A DNA stretch of 64,000 nt from Spirochaetia bacterium (GCA_038204425.1 JBBRCZ010000001.1:480001-544000), one strand, 5' to 3'; positions 29,708-39,072 are shown, numbered from the stretch's first letter. The notes: a model not told the origin generated them from the sequence alone. Translations and numbers: made by a program.

Positions 29708-31213
29708 CTATAGTTTTTCGGTTACTCGATATTCCAAGTACTTACCCAAGAACAAGCGAGTATGCGCATCTAGGCCTGGCATAGCCATAAACAAAAAGCC
29801 CGAAAATGGAAGCAAAACACAGAGTTCAAGCGGGTAAAGCATACGTCGCCACAAAGGCTGTTTGTTAAGATTTGGCTGCGAACGCATATCGATAAGAAGC
29901 AACATAAACAAAGCGGATGAACTTGGCACTAAAAGCCAAATGGTAATCTCATGAACAATTTGGCCAAACTGAGTCAAACCAAAACTCGGATTAAAAAAGT
30001 TTACCGTTGCAAGCCCTGCCGTCATCAATAGCCAATTAACCGGCCAAAGAAAGTGCAATTCCATTACGTGTGCCACGCGACCAAGCTTTTTGAGTGCTGG
30101 TATTTCGGTATCCAAAAGTGCTCGCTTAAGAATATAGACATCATCACTTGCACCCCAAGCCCAACGTTTGACTTGTTCATAGGTATTGACATAGGTGCTC
30201 CAGAAATCCTTGTCCTCTGCTGCATCCGCATAAACAGGCAAAAAGATTGGATCAACGCGAGTTTCGCCGTGAGTATCAAAAAATGCCTTAAAGAAGATTC
30301 TAAAGTCCTCTGGGATAACATCAACATCCCAAAAATCTATCTTCTCGAGTAAGCGCCAGCTCAGGCTGTAGGTAGAAAAATTGATCAGTCCATCTTGGCG
30401 CATTAGACCGCTTATAGAAACCACAGTACAGATTCTATTGAAAACGCGCATTAGAGCAGGAATTTTGTCAATGTTGTTGTAGAACATCAACGCGCCTTGC
30501 CATATGCGACGATGAGGAGAATCAGACTTTAGGAACTGTCTAGAAAGCTCAGCAAAATGGTTGTGATGAAAGCATATGTCGGCGTCGACCGAAGAAACGG
30601 TCAAGAGGTCTTTATTGATGTGCGAACGCTTTGGCAAAATATCTACCAAACACTTGGCTGCCCACGCCATATTGGAAGACTTGCCGACAACCTCTCCCGC
30701 AATGTTACCTGGATGACGAGTAAAAATCAGCTCTTCAAAAACATCCGCAAAACGGTCTCGTATTAGTTCTTCACGGGTGTCATTGAGTTCCGCACCTGCG
30801 CGTTCCTCAAATGCTATTACGGGTATCAAGCGTTTTGGACCAACAACCTGCTTTTGCAGGCACTCGAGTGTCCTCAAAAGAATGTGCCCAGGTTCTTTGT
30901 AAGTTGGTATGATTACCAGATGTCTAAGCTGCTCAAAATGTTGCAGTTCAAATAACTCGGGTAGCAAATTCGTCTTTTCTAGGGCTTGAATCCTTCGATG
31001 AGCGGCCCATCCACGACCCGCCGTAGCTAACGATGTTACCAACCAATACATGTAAAAAAATACAACAAAGCCAGCAACCACCTCGGGTACAATTAAAGCT
31101 CCCCAAAATGGAAAGAGAATAATGTTCCAGCTTGCAACAGCTGGCATCATCTCCAGTATGCGCTGACTCCCATGTGGATGGCGCACGATAAAGTTACGAA
31201 CAAATTGTGACAT
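29708..31213 (-). CDS. Membrane GT2 (cellulose-synthase-like) glycosyltransferase
   Basis: IPTYKE, GKSSN, DAD, PED and QVKRW motifs, with flanking TM helices. Confidence 0.88.
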   Translation of the reverse strand: MSQFVRNFIVRHPHGSQRILEMMPAVASWNIILFPFWGALIVPEVVAGFVVFFYMYWLVTSLATAGRGWAAHRRIQALEKTNLLPELFELQHFEQLRHLVIIPTYKEPGHILLRTLECLQKQVVGPKRLIPVIAFEERAGAELNDTREELIRDRFADVFEELIFTRHPGNIAGEVVGKSSNMAWAAKCLVDILPKRSHINKDLLTVSSVDADICFHHNHFAELSRQFLKSDSPHRRIWQGALMFYNNIDKIPALMRVFNRICTVVSISGLMRQDGLINFSTYSLSWRLLEKIDFWDVDVIPEDFRIFFKAFFDTHGETRVDPIFLPVYADAAEDKDFWSTYVNTYEQVKRWAWGASDDVYILKRALLDTEIPALKKLGRVAHVMELHFLWPVNWLLMTAGLATVNFFNPSFGLTQFGQIVHEITIWLLVPSSSALFMLLLIDMRSQPNLNKQPLWRRMLYPLELCVLLPFSGFLFMAMPGLDAHTRLFLGKYLEYRVTEKL

Positions 31214-31361
31214 GCTTGGACAATAACAGTGATTTGCTCAGAGTGCAAGTATTGTTGCCTTAATTTGGCAGGATAGCACCAAAAATGACACAGAAATGTA
31301 GGATTTCTGCATGGCAGCAGCTTAGCTATGGCTCCAAAGTCCGACCCAGAAATAGGATAAC

Positions 31362-31595
31362 GAAATCACCCCGAGTTTACCAGAACCTTTTTTAATTAAG
31401 TCCAGCAACTAAGGCCGGAACTTGTTGATCAGTATAATATGCTTTTTCAAATTCCGCACGCGGTATATCTCCGATTGGCTGCAAGAGTCTGATGTGGTTA
31501 AACCTGTAAACCCATTCGAGGGTGGCATATTCGACATCGTCCAAATTTTTCTACGGCCCGTGCTTTCGAATGACTTCCGTTCTGTAAAGTCCCTT
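31362..31595 (-). mobile_element. IS3-family (IS51-group-like) transposase 3' remnant with terminal IR
   Basis: Manual translation GLYRTEVIRKHGP*KNLDDVEYATLEWVYRFNHIRLLQPIGDIPRAEFEKAYY (TAG at 31551-31553), ending at the IR-like GAAATCACCCCGAGTTTACCAGA. Confidence 0.85.
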
Positions 31596-31658
31596 GTTGT
31601 GCCCGCTTTCCCTGTTTGATCTGCAGACTTACCTAGGGTTAGCGGGTTTCTTTTTGTC

Positions 31659-32024
31659 CTGACAGAGGATTTAAAAACTGTCTTTCCACCCCTTATTAAT
31701 TCAGATGAAACAATTGGCCAACGCATCGCTCAATATCGAAAACTTTGTGGCCTGACACAACTGCAATTAACTGATCAAATTGGAATAGTTCAAAACTTGG
31801 TTTCTGATTATGAAAATGGAAAGATTCGGCTTTATGATGAAATGGTTGCACGATTTGCCACCATGCTGAAAATCAAGGACTGGGCACGCTTAACATCAGA
31901 GGCTTCGAAGAACCACAAAAAAGAACTGCTCTTTCCGGATATTCAAATCTCTTTTCAGGAAATCGAAGATTATAAAGTTGGTAGAAAACAACTCCAATCC
32001 GTAGAAACCCTTTTCAATGATTGA
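31659..32024 (+). pseudogene. XRE HTH fragment fused in frame to an antitoxin-like C-terminus
   Basis: ETIGQRIAQYRKLCGLTQLQLTDQIGIVQNLVSDYENGKIRLYDEMVARFA, then an unrelated tail ...EIEDYKVGRKQLQSVETLFND. No ATG start. Confidence 0.7.
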
Positions 32025-32352
32025 AATCCTTTATACTGATACCTTAAAAAAAGGTTATAAAGCTCTCGCTAAAAAATATCCTTCATTGCAAACTGATCTC
32101 GAAGACATAATAGCCGATCTCTTTAAAAATCCAAGATCAGGAACCCCCACTCGGCCATGATGCTTTCAAAATTCGTCTTTCCGTTAAATCCAAAGGAAGG
32201 GAGCAATCTGGCGGACTTCGAGTCATAACTTTTTTTTTCAACTCACTGTCACTAAAGATGAAACCCTATATCTCATGGCAATCTACGATAAATCAGACAT
32301 CTTCTCTATATCCGACAAAGAACTTAAAAACCTTATCAAATCCATTCCTTAA
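32017..32352 (+). pseudogene. RelE/ParE-family toxin, frameshifted twice
   Basis: MIEILYTDTLKKGYKALAKKYPSLQTDL..NPRSGTP / LGHDAFKIRLSVKSKG..SGGLRVI / LYLMAIYDKSD..ISDKEL. Frameshifts lie at a C5 and a T-run. Confidence 0.8.
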
Positions 32353-32514
32353 ATGCTGCCACACTGCCAACACAGTGTCACGCACCCCCACCTGTGCCAC
32401 TTCCAACCACGCTCCAAAGCGACTCCAGGCCGGCCGCCTCTCGCGGTTTGTGCCAAACCGCTGCCGCCATTCGCGCCTCGTGCGCTCAGGGGCTACCTCG
32501 TCATGGTTCTCGTG

Positions 32515-32540
32515 GTAGACCAAACAAACGTTTGGTCTAC
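32515..32540. repeat. Perfect 11-bp inverted repeat
   Basis: GTAGACCAAAC-AAAC-GTTTGGTCTAC. Confidence 0.9.
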
Positions 32541-32580
32541 TTCCTCCGGGCGGGCCGTTAACCCAGCCCTGGCCGTGCGG

Positions 32581-32640
32581 GGTAAGCCTCGTTCAACCGG
32601 ACGGAAAGCTTCGCTCACCGCCGGTTAACTCAGACGGCGC
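32581..32640 (+). repeat. Degenerate integron attC-like site
   Basis: L'' GTTCAACC ... L' GGTTAACT around a CGGACGG/CCGCCG stem. R boxes are eroded. Confidence 0.5.
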
Positions 32641-32653
32641 TTGTCGCCGTTCT

Positions 32654-32716
32654 GCCTAATGACCAGCTTAACCTGCAGCGCCGTTAGGCGGTGTCAGGTT
32701 GAAGCGCTAATTAGGC
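32654..32716 (-). repeat. Integron attC-like site (63 bp)
   Basis: Minus strand GCCTAAT-TAGCG-CTTCAACCTG...CAGGTTAAG-CTGGTC-ATTAGGC, with the extrahelical-base asymmetry typical of attC. Confidence 0.7.
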
Positions 32717-32752
32717 TTTTACATCATTAGTCACAGCAAATGGTTCTTGAGA

Positions 32753-33473
32753 CTACGATTCCGCTTCAACACGTGCAACTGCGAAGTCCATTCCTGTAAG
32801 AGTTTCGTTAATTATCATTGTCCTAAAATGCTGTGAACATAACAAAAGAGATTCCGGCCTCAGCAAACCACGTTTTACACCTATCTTCTGCTTGCTGGCT
32901 AAACAATCGCTTTTGTATAAACCATCAGACGGAGCTACAAAGAGCTCAGATAACATATTCAGCCCAATCGTGTGGCCCATTGGGCATTTGTATACTTCCT
33001 TGCCATTGCTTTCTGACAAATCAAAAGGACTAACACCAGCGATGGTCTGACTAGAAAGATCGAAGTCCAGTGTAGCTGAGAGTAGGAAATATTCCGAAGG
33101 TCCATTTGCAAAACTGATCCTTTTAAAGGATAGCCCTTTTATAGAGTGTTTCCTACAAGCCTCAGTTTCGTCATAAATAGTTCCACATTCCTCTCCCGCA
33201 GGGCTCGAACTTAGTCCTAATTAATAAATAAAGTAGTTGTCCTCCATCTAGTTCCCTGGGGTTGTACTTCCTCTTTATTGTCCATCCAAAAAAGAAACTC
33301 TGCTTATGATTCTCCATTACCTGCTGAGAAACAAACGGAATGCGTGCATACCTTGGATCATTTTTCGCCACCTCGATAATCTTTATGAACGAACCAAGTG
33401 TCTTTCCTTCTGTTTCTTCAAAAAGAAGATTCGAAAAATCCTTGTTAATCCGCAATTCTAAGGTTTCCTTCAT
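32753..33473 (-). pseudogene. Putative immunity protein of the upstream RHS tip, frameshifted
   Basis: ORFs 33171-33473 and 32753-33019 join across a frameshift at FEPCG/EECGTIYDE. It starts 16 bp after the toxin stop. Confidence 0.65.
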
Positions 33474-33489
33474 TTCATCTGCCCCATAA

Positions 33490-33870
33490 TCACTGTGGTA
33501 ACGGATACTTCGAAAAGACTTTCGTTATTATTTCCTGCAACTGACTTGCACTCGGCAATCCACTTTTGTAAGGCCAGAGAGATCGGAATTCGTTTGTTAT
33601 AACTTGGTGATATGCGGAGTCCAAGGGTGCTAAGACTTGGTCTTTTGCACCACCAAGATACTGCGGAATAGGATGATGCAATTGAATCTTCCCTGCTTTC
33701 TGGGCATTATTCGATACCCATTGTCCTGCTGGTGAGTTAGCAACAAACTGCCCTAATCTCGAAGTCTGATTGGAAACCCACTGACCAGCTAGGGAGTTTG
33801 CGATAGGTGAAAATAACCGTGCAGCTGCAGCAACAAACTTCCCATCCGGATCTGTGTACTTTAACGGTGT
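33490..33870 (-). pseudogene. Orphan RHS C-terminal toxin tip, HNH-like nuclease
   Basis: PLKYTDPDGK junction, then HHPIPQYLGG...YHQVITN...KYPLP. The upstream RHS core is absent. Confidence 0.75.
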
Positions 33871-33970
33871 CTCCGCTTTTCCATAAATCGTAAGGAAATA
33901 GGGCGTTGCCCGCTGCATGATTTCCGCTCTCAAGCGGTCCGTCTCTGAAAATGTTGGTGACTTAAGTAGT

Positions 33971-34357
33971 TTACTCCGCTTGAATCAAACGCGCAAGCTT
34001 GACCCCATGCTCATGATCCAATTCTTCATACAAGACGTGTTCGCGCGGGTGAAAGCGCGGGTACACGATGGCCAGGTTGTCGGTCATGACATGAGTATAG
34101 CGGACGGTGCTTTCGATATTGGTGTGGCGCTGCAGTTCCTGGACATGACGGATGCTTGCGCCGTTTTCCAGTAAATGAGTGGTTGTCGAATGTTGGATAG
34201 AGTGCGTGGAGATTTCCGGCTTGTCTGTGTCGGCGCGTTTGAGCAGTTCTCGAAAGCGTTCACTGATGGTGGTGCCTGGCAGGTGCCCTCCCTTGGTCGC
34301 GCCCCGGCTTCCGGCGAAGATCCAAGAGTCGCCTTGCTTATTTGGGGTCTGTCTCCT
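33971..34357 (-). pseudogene. XerC/D-like tyrosine recombinase C-terminal fragment
   Basis: THSIQHSTTTHLLENGASIRHVQELQRHTNIESTVRYTHV: HxLRH has become HSIQH and LGH has become QRH. The N-terminus is lost at a G9 run. Confidence 0.85.
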
Positions 34358-34373
34358 GGGGGGGGGCAGTGCT

Positions 34374-34748
34374 TTATGGCAACCAATCCACTTTGCGTTC
34401 CTCGGGAATTCGAAAAAAATACCAATTTTTAACATTATTGTATAGGAGCTTAGTTTCGATTCTAATGCCCCATAGACATTCTTCAACTAAAACAGTTTTT
34501 TCCTTAAATATGGTATCGATGAAGCTAATTTTTTCTATAAATTCTTGGGAAATAGAACAGTTATCAATAATTTCATCGATGATGTCTCGGGTTGATAAAT
34601 CATTTAAATATTCATCAAACTGATACCTATCATTGAATGGAAGTCCATTACAAGTCGAATCCCATCTATCTAATAAATAATTGATACCACCTTTCTTAAC
34701 TTCGGAAGAATATTTACTTTTTTTTATATATTCATCTACTTGCATCAT
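34374..34748 (-). CDS. Putative polymorphic-toxin immunity protein (intact)
   Basis: 124-aa AT-rich ORF starting 8 bp after the toxin stop, with DEYLNDLSTR and WYFFRIP. Confidence 0.7.
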   Translation of the reverse strand: MMQVDEYIKKSKYSSEVKKGGINYLLDRWDSTCNGLPFNDRYQFDEYLNDLSTRDIIDEIIDNCSISQEFIEKISFIDTIFKEKTVLVEECLWGIRIETKLLYNNVKNWYFFRIPEERKVDWLP

Positions 34749-34756
34749 TTCCAGCC

Positions 34757-35420
34757 TTATTTAGAATTTGTATCAAAATATTCTTGCGGGAATCTTGGTC
34801 TAAAGATCGTTCCTCTATTAGCAGCTGCAGGGTTGTGAATTACTAAAGTGCCATCATAAGCAAGATATCCTGTCTTGGGTTCTCCTGTCTTAATGTCAAC
34901 GTTAGTTCTTCTTTGAGTTTTTGGGTTAGTAAGAACTTGATTGATCCTTAACCTTTATCTGGTGTTGGTGCATTCAATTCTGGATGCTTACCTTCACCAG
35001 CTACATGTTTACCTATTTCGTCTTTACCCTTCTCTGGAATTGCATCTATACCAGGTGCTGCAATTGCAATCGCCGGTGCAACAGTACTACCTTGTAAAGT
35101 CACAAGCATAAAAAGGACAGTACCCCATCCTATCAATGATAGCGCAGTTCTCTTAGCTGCAGCATCTGCAGCTGCAGCCGCAGAAACAGCTTTTGCGGCC
35201 TCTCCTAATAACTGCCCCTTACCACCTTCCCATCCGGATCTGTGTACTTAATCGGATTATTCCCGACATAGCCATACCACAATAAACCATCGCGGACAGG
35301 GTCTTGAGTCAAGAAGCGGCCAGTGGTCGGATCATACCAGCGTGCATTGTAGTAATACAGTCCGGTATCGGTATCCAAGTCCTTGGAGGTATAGCGCATT
35401 GCCATCGACTCCTTGACCTC
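34757..35420 (-). pseudogene. RHS core fragment plus RNase-like toxin tip, frameshifted twice
   Basis: RYTSKDLDTDTGLYYYNARWYDPTTGRFLTQDP...YGYVGNNPIKYTDPDGK, frameshift, a TM-like linker and IGKHV..KHPE, frameshift, then VLTNP...GYLAYDGTLVIHNPAAANRGTIFRP..EYFD. Confidence 0.85.
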
Positions 35421-35424
35421 AGTT

Positions 35425-36672
35425 CTAGCTCTCCACAGCGCTTGCAGCCGGCTCTTGAGGCTTAATGCCGTGGGCAATAAGTGACTTATTTGCCAATACC
35501 AAAACCGTGCTAAGTAAAATCAATATGCCAGTAACGACTAAGAGGTATTCGATGGCAACAAGTTCTGCAAGTGGACCAAAAATTAGCATCCCCAGCGGCA
35601 TCATGGAGGTCATAAGCATAGTAAACACGCTAAAAACCCGGCCGAGATACTGTTCTTCTACATGTTCTTGGATCAGAACTGTGGCACCAGTGTTGTAAAA
35701 GGGCATAGCTATACCAAAGACACCCATCGGTATCAGGTATATCCAGAAATTTGGCATTGCCGATAATAGTATCGTACAAACACCCATTATCACGGACGCC
35801 GCAATCATCGTATACATGCGGTTCTTAAATCCACCCCAAGCAGCAATTATGCCACCGCCAAGCATCATACCCAGCGAGAAGACAATCTCTATCGCTGTAA
35901 GTCGCCACACGTCTTCTCCAAAGTTTCGTGCTACTTGCAAGGGCGTAAGAAAGGCAGCTGGTGCCACCAAAACCAACAAGGCTGCAACAAACCCAAAGAA
36001 AGAAACAAGAAATTTGTGTTGCCCAATATACTTAAATCCGAGCTTCATGTCCTCAAGATAAGTGACTGTTTGTTCTTGGCTGGCCTTTTTGTGCGGGCCA
36101 ATTTTAACAAACAAGAGCAAAACCAAAATCGCAATCAAAGCGGTACCAACGTCGATGAATAAAATTCCTTCTATCGGCCATACACTCAAAAGAAAGCCGC
36201 TTACTACTGGCGAAACAAACATAATTGCTGACTGTATAGTAGTCTGTATGCCGTTAACCTTTGCAAGCTGTTCTGCTGGAACAAATTGAGGAAGGATAGC
36301 ACCAACAGCTGGTCCCTGGATGGCGGTCCCTAAGGCTCTTATTGCAGCCGTCACCATAATCAACCACAGTGCTTTTTCGCCTGACAAAAAGACTGCTGCC
36401 AGCCCCAAAGTCGCGACAGCAATAAGAAAATCTGAAATTACAATCAGTTTTTTTCTATCCATGCGATCTGCCCAGACACCTGCAAAAGGCGACATCAAAA
36501 AGGTTGGAACAAAACCACACAGGACAAAAACAGTCATCACTATGCCAGATTTGGTTTCCAAAGTGACATACCACATCAGCGCATACTGCACCAAAGACGA
36601 ACCAAACAAGGACAAGGTTTGGCTTACTAGAAATATAGAAAGCTGTTGTTTCCAGCGCTTAACGTCGCTCAT
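35425..36672 (-). CDS. MFS transporter, DHA3/MefA-like
   Basis: FLVSQTLSLFGSSLVQYALMWY, GVWADRMDRKK, LGRVFS; about 12 TMs. Confidence 0.9.
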   Translation of the reverse strand: MSDVKRWKQQLSIFLVSQTLSLFGSSLVQYALMWYVTLETKSGIVMTVFVLCGFVPTFLMSPFAGVWADRMDRKKLIVISDFLIAVATLGLAAVFLSGEKALWLIMVTAAIRALGTAIQGPAVGAILPQFVPAEQLAKVNGIQTTIQSAIMFVSPVVSGFLLSVWPIEGILFIDVGTALIAILVLLLFVKIGPHKKASQEQTVTYLEDMKLGFKYIGQHKFLVSFFGFVAALLVLVAPAAFLTPLQVARNFGEDVWRLTAIEIVFSLGMMLGGGIIAAWGGFKNRMYTMIAASVIMGVCTILLSAMPNFWIYLIPMGVFGIAMPFYNTGATVLIQEHVEEQYLGRVFSVFTMLMTSMMPLGMLIFGPLAELVAIEYLLVVTGILILLSTVLVLANKSLIAHGIKPQEPAASAVES

Positions 36673-36768
36673 GATTCCTCCGCATACCTAGGCTAAAATT
36701 GCACAAAACAATTCGTCTGTCAACGAATAAGTGCATCGACCAAATCATGTCCACAAAAAATTTGTTTT

Positions 36769-37533
36769 CTAAAAAGCTACAATTTTTCGCGGGTCAGCAG
36801 GCTTGTCCTGAGATAGCCAATTTAACCAGTCAAGATAAAGGCTATCGTGACTCTTTTCAAACAATTTTGGATATTCGACACCAGCCAAAAGGATTTGGCT
36901 CAAGCCAATTGGTTTGGATGCCAACAAAAATGCAATCCATGCGTCGCCCCAGCCTCGACTATCATTTAACCAGCTGAGGTGCATTTGTTCATCGTTGGTA
37001 AAAGAATTTATCAAGATATCAGGTCCTGGTGCCTGGGCTCGTTCCTCGCCACTGCCGTCTTGCCAACAGAAATAGCTGAGCACTGCTCTATGCATCCAAT
37101 CATCAAGTTTTGGATAGTATGTCTTAAGTAAGTATTTGAGGTAAATTTCCAGCAGATAAGCTGGCTCTATTTTGCTGTCTTCAACAATAAAAAATTCGCC
37201 TTGCGATTCACTTCCCAGTTCGTCCTGCTGCACAAACAGTCGTTCCACAGGACTATAGCGGTGAGTGAGATACTGTTCTCGTTGAGCATAGAGATACCAG
37301 TCACTCTTGCTTTGTTCGGCATTTATAAGCCCCAAAGCCTTGCGCGCGCTTAGGCCACGATCTTCTAGCAAGGTCTTAAGTTCCAACGCAGAACGAGCAA
37401 GATTTGGGTCATGGTAGACCCTAAAGTTGTTGGACTCAACAAGTCCCATTTTGGGGTTCCATGGATCACTTCTTTTGATCAAAAACAAAAAGGTAGCCAG
37501 CAAAAGTATAGCAATCAATGTAAGTCTAAACAT
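36769..37533 (-). CDS. Hypothetical exported/membrane-anchored protein
   Basis: Long ORF; likely ATG 37533, with an N-terminal hydrophobic segment. Confidence 0.6.
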   Translation of the reverse strand: MFRLTLIAILLLATFLFLIKRSDPWNPKMGLVESNNFRVYHDPNLARSALELKTLLEDRGLSARKALGLINAEQSKSDWYLYAQREQYLTHRYSPVERLFVQQDELGSESQGEFFIVEDSKIEPAYLLEIYLKYLLKTYYPKLDDWMHRAVLSYFCWQDGSGEERAQAPGPDILINSFTNDEQMHLSWLNDSRGWGDAWIAFLLASKPIGLSQILLAGVEYPKLFEKSHDSLYLDWLNWLSQDKPADPRKIVAF

Positions 37534-37538
37534 GCGAC

Positions 37539-38393
37539 TCACAGTTGACTGTCTTCTGATGCTCGTTTTAAGTGGCGGATGGACCAAAAAGAAGTCAGTC
37601 CCAGCATCGTAGCCGTCAATAAGATCGCCATCGCTTGTATGACTGTCAACGCGATTGCATCAAACGCGGTCACCAAAGCGCCCAAATAACAGATAGCTGC
37701 TCCGATTGAGACAAGGCTAGCGATAAGCAATATCGCTGCGATTTTCAAAAAAAAGGATCGGTAGTTTGGAATTGATTTCGCCATAGAAATGTAGACAAAA
37801 ACGTAGATTAAGGTTGCTAAAGGAATGCTAAGCCCAAGTACAGCCTGCAGCAGTCTATTAGCAAACAGTGCTTTGTCTATGGCAAAGAAGGCAAGTCCAA
37901 AAGCAGATAAGGCACCAGCAAAGGCAAACACCGTGGCTAGTTCGGCATTTGGTTTACGTTGCAGATAGGTCTCGGTTAGTTTTTTACTGACTACGGCATT
38001 GGCATGTTTGTCAAAAGCCTTTGCTCGCTCAGTTTTTGCGTCTCTCAAGGTTTCATATATTGATGGTGTCCACCGCCAAGCAGAAAAAAGTATAAAAATT
38101 CCAGATGAAAGGACAACCATCGCACCACGATACCAAAGACTTGGTCCAAAGGTGTTTCCTTGCGACTGCGTGCTTATCCCCAGTAAACCAAGTGTTAATC
38201 CGGGAAAGTTTTCATTTATAAGTAACGATTTGTCTGGATAAACAAAAAAGGCTATGCCCAGAAACAAACAGAACATAACGCCGGCTACCAAAAATGTCAG
38301 GTGAGCTTTTGCGCTGGAAACCAAAGTGTTTAAGAATAAAGGCGGACTGGATTTAAACCAACCACTTGGCTTGTCGGCTTTTTTCTGTATCAT
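37539..38393 (-). CDS. Hypothetical multi-TM membrane protein
   Basis: 284-aa hydrophobic ORF with an ATGA overlap to the upstream gene. Confidence 0.65.
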   Translation of the reverse strand: MIQKKADKPSGWFKSSPPLFLNTLVSSAKAHLTFLVAGVMFCLFLGIAFFVYPDKSLLINENFPGLTLGLLGISTQSQGNTFGPSLWYRGAMVVLSSGIFILFSAWRWTPSIYETLRDAKTERAKAFDKHANAVVSKKLTETYLQRKPNAELATVFAFAGALSAFGLAFFAIDKALFANRLLQAVLGLSIPLATLIYVFVYISMAKSIPNYRSFFLKIAAILLIASLVSIGAAICYLGALVTAFDAIALTVIQAMAILLTATMLGLTSFWSIRHLKRASEDSQL

Positions 38394-39064
38394 TCAGCGC
38401 CCCCGGGGGCTGGTCCACTGGTCTTCTCAAAACTTCGTAGACCCCAGTAGAAAATATTGAGCAGCGTGCCGAGCAAAAAAGTAAAGACCCACGTACTAAG
38501 ATTAGAGAGAGGATCGGCGACCTGATTAAAAACATCCAAGAGTACATCGTCAATATTGTAAATCAAATCCCAGCTGTTCCAGCGCAGAAAACGACCCAAG
38601 TAGATGCCAAAACACGAAACGTAAATCATTAGGATGATGAGTAGATTAACCACGTTCTTCTTAAAGGTAAGGCTGTCGCTGATATTTTTTAGACTAACGA
38701 AACCGTACATCATGCCAGTCAGTCCATAGCTAAGCAGCATGATCAAATCAAACCACTTTGGAGCGTCAGGATATTTGCCCAAGTGCACCAAGTCCGTGAG
38801 AATGTAAGGGGCATTGGGAAAAAAAAGCAGCCAAATACATGCCGTAAATACAATCAAAAACCGGTTCCTAAATAGATGTCCATAAATTAAGGTCGATAGA
38901 AACCACGGTACGAAGGCCAAAAATAGATTCCAAAACATAAATAGGAACATCATTTTTCCCGTGAAGACGACTCTGCCCACTGACAGCGCGATAGAAAACA
39001 AAGACATGCACAGCAAAACAGCCGTGGTTTTTTGAGAAAACAATGTCTTAAAATAGCTAGTCAT
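38390..39064 (-). CDS. DUF1361 membrane protein
   Basis: WNLFLA, WLLFFPNAPYILTDLVHL, GIYLGRFLRWNSWD. Confidence 0.9.
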   Translation of the reverse strand: MTSYFKTLFSQKTTAVLLCMSLFSIALSVGRVVFTGKMMFLFMFWNLFLAFVPWFLSTLIYGHLFRNRFLIVFTACIWLLFFPNAPYILTDLVHLGKYPDAPKWFDLIMLLSYGLTGMMYGFVSLKNISDSLTFKKNVVNLLIILMIYVSCFGIYLGRFLRWNSWDLIYNIDDVLLDVFNQVADPLSNLSTWVFTFLLGTLLNIFYWGLRSFEKTSGPAPGGAE

Positions 39065-39072
39065 GTTTGATC

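Noticed and set aside
32258..32628. Three overlapping small ORFs
   Set aside because: No RBS or recognisable motifs; they are explained by the RelE pseudogene tail and GC-rich structured DNA.
33971..34486. 171-aa ORF as an intact integrase or IntI
   Set aside because: Its N-terminus is an off-frame read of the immunity gene joined at a G9 run. The catalytic Arg and the LGH motif are mutated, and no IntI-specific insertion is visible.
35425..36672. mefA macrolide-resistance call
   Set aside because: Only family-level DHA3 similarity is supportable, and there is no msrD or transposon context.
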